A DNA stretch of 12,110 bases from Chlamydiota bacterium. GTDB taxonomy: Bacteria > Chlamydiota > Chlamydiia > Chlamydiales > SM23-39. The DNA lies in contig JBCAXK010000029.1 in assembly GCA_038534095.1 (NCBI GenBank), positions 9,334 to 21,443 of the forward strand, given 5' to 3'. The translations under genes were made by a program, and so were the position numbers. A model generated the notes under the pieces. That model saw only the letters and a list, made by a program, of their open reading frames with translations, made no database searches and had not been told where the DNA came from. Below, in pieces: positions 1-6,420 of the stretch (position 1 is the first letter of the stretch; each line of letters opens with the position of its first letter).

Positions 1-1464
1 GTTATCTTTCTGCGCAGCCTCTAGCCGATTTTCTAGCTCTGCGACCATTTTAGCGCGGTACTCTGCTTCTCTCTGAGCGGTTTTTAGCGCTTTTTCTAAT
101 TGCGCCACAGAATTTTGAAGAACTGTCTCTTTTTCAAGTTTTTTCTCCAGTTTTGACTTTTCAGAAAGGAGGGTAGCGATTCTTTTTTCGAGCGCCTGAC
201 TTGCCTGGGCACATTCTTTTCGTAACGCTTTTTCTCGTTTTCCGACCGATAGCAATGAAGCTTGTAAATCATCGATGGTGGCTTGTTGGCTTTTTAGGGT
301 TTCGTCTTTTGAGCGGAGCTCTCTAAGAAGCGCTTTTCGGTCTTTGAGGTTGTTTTCTAAAGACTGTTTTAATCGGGTGATTTGTTGAGAAGAGGTTGTT
401 CCAGAAGAGCGGAGGGCTTGCAACTCTTTACGCAGCTCTTGGCTTGTTTTCTCGGCGTCTGATTTTTCTTGGGTGAGTCGCTTGAGGGCTCTTTGGAGGC
501 TTTGGGTTTCTCTTTTTGCTGTTGCTATTTCTTGTTTTAAAGCGCGGAGCTCTTTGCTTTGAGAAGAAGTTTCTCCGGTTTTTTTGGATAACTGCCGTTC
601 TAAGACCCGTAAACTTTTTTCTTTTTTAGCAAGCTCGCGCCCAAGAGTTTTTATCTCTTTTGTTAGGGTAACAGAGCGGCGTTTTGACTCTTCCAAGGCG
701 TTTTTGAGGCGCGCGTTTGCGCTCTTTTCATTGCCTAAGGATTTTTCTAATAAGCCAATATGACGCTCGATTTCTGCAAATGCTTTTTGACTTGCTTGTA
801 GCGCCTCGGAGCTTTGTGCCTCTTTTTCTTGCGCTTCTTGTAACTCGCTTTCGAGAGCATTGTGCTCTTTTTGCAAAGTACTTAGACGGCCGCTCATTTG
901 GTCTGCGCGCCCTGTTTCTTGAGTGATGGCTTCTTCAAGTGCGCTGATTGTCTTTTGAGAAGAGTCTCTTTCTTCTCGAAGCTTTTTGAGCTCCCTTTCT
1001 GCGCGGAATAACTGCTTTTGATTCTCGCCAATGATCTCTAAATGGTTGTTGATGAGCGTATTTTTGTGCTGAAGAGCATTTTCTAGGGTTTTGACGTGCG
1101 AGTCATCTTGCGCAAGTAGGTGTTTTAAAGGGACTCCCTTAGAGGAAGCTTCTTGTGTCAATGTTTTGCACTTTTGGGGATATTCTTTTGCTAGCTCGCT
1201 TAAGCTAATGTAACGAAGTTGCGTGCTTCCATTTGGAAGCTGCTCAATAATGACAGGAGTACAGATGCTATCACGCATCTCCAAATAACTGCTTACAAGA
1301 AAGTATCCTTCCTTCTGGATATTTTCTACCTTCTCTCCAAGGAGATATCCCTGGACATATCTATCTAGAACGGTTCCCATAGAGATTTTCTCTAAAAAAG
1401 TGGAGGAAACCGCGCTCCCTTTGAGGAGGTCTAAGCCATGTACTGGTAATTGTGTAATAGTCAT
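1..1464 (-). CDS. Large coiled-coil hypothetical protein, 3'-partial (>=488 aa, runs off the window edge)
   Basis: Translated by hand from ATG at 1464 (MTITQLPVHGLDLLKGSAVSSTFLEKISMG...) to position 1 (...AELENRLEAAQKDN) with no stop. After about 120 aa it is E/K/Q/L/R/S/A-rich with heptad character. A near-consensus promoter lies upstream. It is absent from the ORF track, presumably because there is no stop in the window. Confidence 0.9.
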   Translation of the reverse strand, partial: MTITQLPVHGLDLLKGSAVSSTFLEKISMGTVLDRYVQGYLLGEKVENIQKEGYFLVSSYLEMRDSICTPVIIEQLPNGSTQLRYISLSELAKEYPQKCKTLTQEASSKGVPLKHLLAQDDSHVKTLENALQHKNTLINNHLEIIGENQKQLFRAERELKKLREERDSSQKTISALEEAITQETGRADQMSGRLSTLQKEHNALESELQEAQEKEAQSSEALQASQKAFAEIERHIGLLEKSLGNEKSANARLKNALEESKRRSVTLTKEIKTLGRELAKKEKSLRVLERQLSKKTGETSSQSKELRALKQEIATAKRETQSLQRALKRLTQEKSDAEKTSQELRKELQALRSSGTTSSQQITRLKQSLENNLKDRKALLRELRSKDETLKSQQATIDDLQASLLSVGKREKALRKECAQASQALEKRIATLLSEKSKLEKKLEKETVLQNSVAQLEKALKTAQREAEYRAKMVAELENRLEAAQKDN

Positions 1465-1497
1465 AATATGTGCAATTAATTAATATACAGTTTCTCC

Positions 1498-1526
1498 ATT
1501 ATAATTTAATTTTTATTATATTTCAA
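1498..1526 (-). promoter_or_regulatory. sigma70/sigma66-type promoter for the coiled-coil gene
   Basis: Minus strand TTGAAA (1526-1521), 17-nt spacer, TATAAT (1503-1498), inside a very AT-rich intergenic region. Confidence 0.65.
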
Positions 1527-1630
1527 TGTTTTTATTTATGGTTTTATTTACATGTGATTAAATTTAAAAGAGTTGCGTATCAAGCGCACGTCAATTTTTT
1601 TGAGAAAATCAGAAAAAATAGATAGGTAGA

Positions 1631-1659
1631 TTGGAAGGAAATCACCCCTTTTGTATAGT
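1631..1659 (+). promoter_or_regulatory. sigma70-type promoter for mscS
   Basis: TTGGAA (1631-1636), 17-nt spacer, TATAGT (1654-1659). It overlaps the ORF-track start, which implies a later true start. Confidence 0.55.
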
Positions 1660-1684
1660 AAAAGCGAATAACGGCAGGGATGAT

Positions 1685-2518
1685 TTGTTCTCAGAAAGCT
1701 TTTTCCTCAATAATGCATTCACAACGCTCATTTTCATTTCGATTTTGATCGTGCTTCGTCTCATCATTACAAGAGCTATCCGAACAGCAAATCGCGCTTG
1801 GACATCCGAACTGCGGCTTCGGTCTATTGGATATGTCCGTTCGATTTTTTTTGGACTTGTCCTTTTAGGCATTCTCTACATATGGGGAGAGCAGCTCCAC
1901 AATTTTGCCGTATCCCTATTTGCCATCGCATTTGCCTTGGTCTATTCTGTAAAAGAAATGTGCAGCTGCGTGAATGGATCGATTCTCCGTTTTCGGGGGA
2001 ATATCTACAATTTGGGCGACCGGATTGAAATTGGGAAGCTGCGGGGGGATGTGATCGATATGAACATCTTTTCTACCACGATTTTAGAAGTGGGACACGA
2101 CACCAAAAATCATCACCATACGGGAAGAACGGTTGTTTTCCCCAATAGCATGATCATTGAGCACATGGTTGTGAACGAGTCGTTCATCGACCATTTTTAT
2201 TTTCATAATATCAAGATTCCTTTGGGAATCGAAGATAACTGGCAAAAAGCGTATGAAGTGCTTCTTGCTATTGCTCGTGAAGAATGCACTCCCTATCTTG
2301 AGCTTGCAAGAAAGCGGATGATGGAAACAGCGAAGCAAAAAAGTATTGTACTTCCCTCGGTCGAACCAAGGATCATATTGCAAATGCCCGAAAGAAATCG
2401 GGTGCATCTCATTTTGCGGTTTCCAGGACCTGTCCATTTAAAGGGAAGGCTAGAACAAACCATTTTAAGAAAGTTCCTGGAAACCTTTTTCTCCGAAAAA
2501 ACTAGGGCAAAAGATTAA
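1685..2518 (+). CDS. mscS: Small-conductance mechanosensitive channel (MscS family)
   Basis: Three N-terminal hydrophobic segments, then the MscS beta-domain motifs YNLGDRIEIGKLRGDVIDMNIFSTTI and GRTVVFPNS. Start moved from TTG 1631 to in-frame TTG 1685 because of the upstream promoter and the GGCAGGGA SD-like sequence. Confidence 0.88.
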   Translation: MFSESFFLNNAFTTLIFISILIVLRLIITRAIRTANRAWTSELRLRSIGYVRSIFFGLVLLGILYIWGEQLHNFAVSLFAIAFALVYSVKEMCSCVNGSILRFRGNIYNLGDRIEIGKLRGDVIDMNIFSTTILEVGHDTKNHHHTGRTVVFPNSMIIEHMVVNESFIDHFYFHNIKIPLGIEDNWQKAYEVLLAIAREECTPYLELARKRMMETAKQKSIVLPSVEPRIILQMPERNRVHLILRFPGPVHLKGRLEQTILRKFLETFFSEKTRAKD

Positions 2519-4316
2519 CGAGCTCTTCCACCATATTCTGACTTCTCGAGACCAGATGGCTAAGGTCACTTGCTGATAGCTCTTTTTGTGACAAACGGGT
2601 CAGATCATAAATATGGGTGACAAGGGCTTTAGCTAAATCGGGTTGCGTTTTTTTGAGAGCAAACGCCTTGTTGACAACAGGGTGATTCGTGTTGACAATG
2701 AACGTCTTTTTTTGTGGGATGTCCATCCCATTTTGCCCCCGAGCGTGGGTCGCCATGAACTCTTTGAGTCGCCGATTTTGCTCGTCAATGACAAGAAGAG
2801 CAGGGATTTTTTCACTGGCCAAACTTTTCGCTTCAACGGTCAACTCTTTTTGGTCTAAGCTTTCTTGGATAAATTCGGCAATGAGAGCGGATCCTGAGCG
2901 TCCAGACTCATCAAGGAGGGTCTTTTCCCGGCTTTGATCGAGGAACGAATCATCCAAATGGGCATCGATTCTTTGAAATTTGATTTCCAGTTTCTCCTCT
3001 AACCGTTGTAAGAGGGGGTTGTCAATGATCGGATTGACAAGGAGGACATCAATATCTTTTTCTTGATAAAGCGACGAAATCCCCAAATCTTGCGTATCTT
3101 TTGTAGTGTAGTGAACGGTGGTTTTCCCGCGGGCTTTTAAGTCTTCGATCGAGATCCAAGCGCCCTTGAGCGTTTTCCAGACAAGGAAATCTTTGACTTT
3201 GTCGTACAGGGAGCTGTCTTGCAAGATGCCGAGCTTGATGACCATTTCAATTTCAGGCCAAACGGCAAGAAATTCCTCTTTTTTCTCAGTGTGCATTTGG
3301 CGGAGTTTTTGGGTGATCTTTTTCGCAATATGCTGACCTAAACTGCGGACGGTCTTGTCCATCTGTAGATAGGAGCGAGATACGTTGAGAGGAATGTCGG
3401 GACTATCTATCGCCCCCTTTAGAATCATCAAGTAGTCGGGCAAAAGGTCTTTGCAACTATCGGCCACAAACACGCGGTTGCAGTAGAGCTGCACTTGATT
3501 GGATTGAAAATCAAAGCCCTTATGAATTTTGGGGAAATACAAAATCCCTTGCACGTGGAAAGGGAAGTCGATATGGATATGAATCCAAAAGAGGGGAGAG
3601 GGGTCTTGGGGATACAAATGTCGATAAAAGGTTTGGTAGTCTTCATCGGAACAATCCTGAGGCCTTTTCAAGAAAGTGGGCTCCTGGTGATTGATCTTGG
3701 TCCCTTGTACGTAAATAGGGTAGGAAAGATAAGAGCAGTGTTTTTTGAGGAGCTCTAACACCTTTTTTTCTTCCAAGTACTCTAAAGAATCTTCAGCCAA
3801 ATGGAGGGTGATGGTGGTCCCCACCGCCTCTTTTTCTGCAGAGGTTAACTCATAGTCTGAGGAGCCGTCAGATGTCCATAGGGCGGCTGAAGAGCCCTCT
3901 TTGTACGAAAGGGTGAGTAGTTCGACTCGGCTAGCTACCATGAACGCGGAGAAAAATCCTAGGCCAAAATGACCAATCACCTGCGCGTTTTCGTCATCTT
4001 TTGCATACTTTTCCGCAAACTCTTTGGCTCCAGAAAAGGCGACTTGCGCGATGTATTTTTCCACCTCTTCTGCGTCCATCCCAATGCCTGTATCAGCGAT
4101 GGTGAGCGTTTTTTTCTCCCGGTCGATGGTGATGTCCATTCTAGGAGAAAGAGGAGGTTTCCCTTCTTGTTTTTCTAATAAAGCGCGTTTGACCATCGCG
4201 TCAGAAGCGTTGGCAACGAGCTCCCGTAAAAAAATATCTTTATCGGAATAAAGCCACTTTTTGATGATCGGAAGAATATTTTCACTGTGAACTTTTAATT
4301 TACCTTTCATGGACAT
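2502..4316 (-). CDS. htpG: Molecular chaperone HtpG (Hsp90)
   Basis: GHKL ATPase motifs LYSDKDIFLRELVANASDA, IADTGIGM, IGHFGLGFFSAF and GTTITLHL. Middle domain motif IDSPDIPLNVSRSYLQ. The start could also be ATG 4310. Confidence 0.97.
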   Translation of the reverse strand: MSMKGKLKVHSENILPIIKKWLYSDKDIFLRELVANASDAMVKRALLEKQEGKPPLSPRMDITIDREKKTLTIADTGIGMDAEEVEKYIAQVAFSGAKEFAEKYAKDDENAQVIGHFGLGFFSAFMVASRVELLTLSYKEGSSAALWTSDGSSDYELTSAEKEAVGTTITLHLAEDSLEYLEEKKVLELLKKHCSYLSYPIYVQGTKINHQEPTFLKRPQDCSDEDYQTFYRHLYPQDPSPLFWIHIHIDFPFHVQGILYFPKIHKGFDFQSNQVQLYCNRVFVADSCKDLLPDYLMILKGAIDSPDIPLNVSRSYLQMDKTVRSLGQHIAKKITQKLRQMHTEKKEEFLAVWPEIEMVIKLGILQDSSLYDKVKDFLVWKTLKGAWISIEDLKARGKTTVHYTTKDTQDLGISSLYQEKDIDVLLVNPIIDNPLLQRLEEKLEIKFQRIDAHLDDSFLDQSREKTLLDESGRSGSALIAEFIQESLDQKELTVEAKSLASEKIPALLVIDEQNRRLKEFMATHARGQNGMDIPQKKTFIVNTNHPVVNKAFALKKTQPDLAKALVTHIYDLTRLSQKELSASDLSHLVSRSQNMVEELVNLLP

Positions 4317-4350
4317 AAACCTTCTGTTTTTCGCATCCTACTAAAGGGAA

Positions 4351-4379
4351 ATTCTACGTGAATTCTTGAATAATGACAA
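4351..4379 (-). promoter_or_regulatory. sigma70-type promoter for htpG
   Basis: Minus strand TTGTCA (4379-4374), 17-nt spacer, TAGAAT (4356-4351), about 35 nt upstream of the ATG. Confidence 0.65.
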
Positions 4380-4383
4380 GACT

Positions 4384-4417
4384 AGGGCGCCCCCTAAGAA
4401 GGGGGGCTTTAGCCCCT
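4384..4417 (-). terminator. GC-rich hairpin, probable terminator of the NSS transporter gene
   Basis: Plus strand AGGGC-GCCCCCT-AAGA-AGGGGGGC-TTTA-GCCCCT is an imperfect inverted repeat starting about 15 nt after the transporter stop. The U-tract on the minus strand is weak. Confidence 0.45.
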
Positions 4418-4432
4418 TTTCCTGTAAAATTC

Positions 4433-5818
4433 CTACCGGATGAAATAGCTTACATCGAAGACTTCGGCTTCTTGCAAAATGATCACAAGTATCGCAAGAG
4501 GAACAAGCCAGCGGACGCAAAAAAACCAAAGCATTGGAAGTCTTGTTAGCTGAGTACCAAAGAGAAACTCTCTTTTAGCGACTTTTTGATCCATGATCCA
4601 ACCGACGAAAATCGCGCAAGAAAGTCCCCCAATCGGCATGAGCCAGCTGCTAGCTAGGTAGTCCATGGTGGCAAAGAACGTTTTTCCGTAGATCGCCTCC
4701 CACTCGGGAAAGAGCTGGCTTGATCCAGAGAGGGCGGAGGGGATGCCAAAGATAAAGACGGCAACCAAGCTGCAGAGCACCGCCGTTTTTCTCTCTAGAG
4801 CAAACACATCGATCAAATTGGCAACGAGCACTTCTAAAAGAGAGATGGCAGAAGTGAGCGCTGCAAAAAGAAAGAGCAGAAAAAATAGGGTAGAGAAGAT
4901 CAGGGTACCAGGTAGCTGAGAAAACAGGACAGGAAGCGTTTCAAAAATCAAGCCTGGGCCAGAAGAGGGCTGAAATCCGAAAGAAAAGACGACCGAAAAA
5001 ATCATCAAAGCAGCGACCAACGAGACGAGGCAAGAAATCAAAGCGATGAGCATCCCTGTTTGTGGGATATCCTCCTCCTTATTCATATAACTTCCATACG
5101 TTAAAATGATTCCCATCCCTACGCTAAGGGTCCAAAAAGCCATCCCTAATGCATCTAAAACGCTTGCTGATCCCATTTCAGAGAATTTGGGCGCAAGAGT
5201 GAAATGCATCGCTTCGGAAAACCCAGGGAGGGTTGTTGCAAAAAAAAAGAGAAGTAGGAGAAAACCAAAAAGGAGCGGCATAAAGATCTGGCTCCAATAT
5301 TCGATCCCTTTCCGGATTCCTCCATAAACGACCCCTCCGCTCATGGCTAGAAAAAAGCCTTGCCAAAGTAGGCTAGTGCCGCCTGAGGTATAGACAAGGT
5401 CCCAAATGGCTCGAATTTCTTCGGGAGTTTTCCCCTGACTAAAATTGGCAAGGGACATCAGGGTGTAATTGCAGGCCCAACCAGACACAACGCTGTAGTA
5501 AGACAAAACGATGAACGTCGTGATCATATTGAGCCATCCTAAAATCCGCCAGTCAGAAGTCCGGGAGAGTAGCGAGTAGCCCTCAACGGCGCTTTTTTGT
5601 GACGCCCTTCCCACGATGACTTCGGCCACAAAGAGAGGAATACCAATCAGAAGGGTGAAAAAAAGGTAGAGGAGCACAAAAGCGCCCCCTCCATTTGTTC
5701 CAATTACGTAGGGAAATCTCCAAAGGCTTCCAAGCCCGACGGCAGACCCAGCTGTTGCCATAATGAAGCCAATTTTTGATCCCCAATGTTCTCTCTCGTC
5801 CATAGATGTTTTGCTCAC
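4433..5818 (-). CDS. Sodium-dependent transporter, NSS (SLC6/LeuT/MhsT) family, probably for amino acids
   Basis: REHWGSKIGFIMATAGSAVGLGSLWRFPY, NGGGAF, LSYYSVVSGW, GPGLIF and FAALTSAISLLE, with about 11 TM segments. Start is GTG 5818 or ATG 5803. Confidence 0.95.
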   Translation of the reverse strand: MSKTSMDEREHWGSKIGFIMATAGSAVGLGSLWRFPYVIGTNGGGAFVLLYLFFTLLIGIPLFVAEVIVGRASQKSAVEGYSLLSRTSDWRILGWLNMITTFIVLSYYSVVSGWACNYTLMSLANFSQGKTPEEIRAIWDLVYTSGGTSLLWQGFFLAMSGGVVYGGIRKGIEYWSQIFMPLLFGFLLLLFFFATTLPGFSEAMHFTLAPKFSEMGSASVLDALGMAFWTLSVGMGIILTYGSYMNKEEDIPQTGMLIALISCLVSLVAALMIFSVVFSFGFQPSSGPGLIFETLPVLFSQLPGTLIFSTLFFLLFLFAALTSAISLLEVLVANLIDVFALERKTAVLCSLVAVFIFGIPSALSGSSQLFPEWEAIYGKTFFATMDYLASSWLMPIGGLSCAIFVGWIMDQKVAKREFLFGTQLTRLPMLWFFCVRWLVPLAILVIILQEAEVFDVSYFIR

Positions 5819-5891
5819 GCTTGTTGTGGATTTAAAGTAGAGGCGTGCTTTCTAGGATAGATTCCTATTTTTCCTCATGAAATTGTGACGA

Positions 5892-5920
5892 ATCTTAACA
5901 GATAAGACTCTAGATCACAA
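5892..5920 (-). promoter_or_regulatory. sigma70-type promoter with extended -10 for the NSS transporter, embedded in a dyad
   Basis: Minus strand TTGTGA (5920-5915), 17-nt spacer ending in TGT, then TAAGAT (5897-5892). Confidence 0.5.
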
Positions 5921-5940
5921 GGAGTGGGCTTTTTTTATCA

Positions 5941-6240
5941 AGAGAAGTGGACGTAACTTCCGTAGATGAATACCCATTTCGGATCCATTTCTCTTCGTAT
6001 ATCAAAAAAACTCCTCCCACCATTTTTTCGACCACCGGTTCAAGGGATTATACGCTGTTTTCCAAGAAAAAAATGTCGATGGAATATCTCTCCATGGAAT
6101 ATCTCTCCGAGGGTTCCAGTGCGGAGTGTCCATAAAATGGCTTCTACAATTTCTCGAGCATTTTCTACAGCATAGCAACCATGCTTTTTCAAAGTGATGT
6201 GCCATTGTTCTCAGGTGGTATCACTAACAATCCTTGATAA
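5941..6240 (-). pseudogene. Degenerate IS5-family (IS427-like, DUF4096 N-terminus) transposase fragment
   Basis: Stitched across three frames: SRIVSDTT*EQWHITLKKHGCYAVENAREIVEAILWTLRTG / PWRDIPSTFFSWKTAYNPLNRWSKKWWEEFF / DIRREMDPKWVFIYGSYVH. This matches the IS5 pattern EAILW..RTG.PWRD.P..F..W.T.Y..F.RWS and the 'WVFIDGSYV' first-Asp region. There is an in-frame TGA at 6213-6211, frameshifts, and C-terminal truncation. Confidence 0.85.
6079..6108. repeat. Perfect 15-bp tandem duplication ATGGAATATCTCTCC x2
   Basis: 6079-6093 is identical to 6094-6108. It lies at the PWRDIP motif of the transposase remnant. Confidence 0.95.
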
Positions 6241-6420
6241 AGCGCCCCTTCTGAAAAAAGAAAACCTTACGCTTTTCTGAGAAAAATCAAAAACTGATTG
6301 ATAGCAAAGGTTAGGGGGAGCTCCCTAGTGTAGGCTCCGCTTTCCCGGTTTATGTAGCCTTGAGTGGAGTGGTTTATCGAAAATTCCCAGAAATTCTCTC
6401 TTCCTTATATACTGGAAGAT

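Noticed and set aside
717..926. 69-aa plus-strand ORF
   Set aside because: It is the antisense shadow of the long minus-strand coiled-coil CDS.
1..1464. SMC/SbcC/RecN assignment for the coiled-coil protein
   Set aside because: There is no N-terminal Walker A motif. Coiled-coil composition alone is non-specific.
1574..1588. TGCG-N7-CGCA inverted repeat in the AT-rich divergent spacer
   Set aside because: The 4-bp arms are too short to distinguish from chance.
4341..4529. 62-aa minus-strand ORF between the transporter and htpG
   Set aside because: It overlaps the transporter's 3' end out of frame and runs through the terminator and promoter, with no recognisable motif.
6079..6108. Possible CRISPR repeat
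   Set aside because: Only two adjacent 15-bp copies, with no spacer and no cas genes.
5947..6205. Three small ORFs (62, 69 and 67 aa), including a Cys-rich CCRKCSRNC peptide
   Set aside because: They are explained as out-of-frame or antisense readings of the IS5 pseudogene. Only the C-terminal half of 6002..6205 is in the transposase frame.
6211..6213. TGA at a Trp position suggesting genetic code 4 or readthrough
   Set aside because: efp and amn end in TGA at their expected C-termini and intact genes use TGG for Trp, so this is pseudogene decay.
5910..6328. CTAG at 5910-5913 and 6325-6328 as a target-site duplication of a complete IS/MITE
   Set aside because: The sequences inside the two CTAGs are not inverted repeats of each other, and a 4-mer match is expected by chance.
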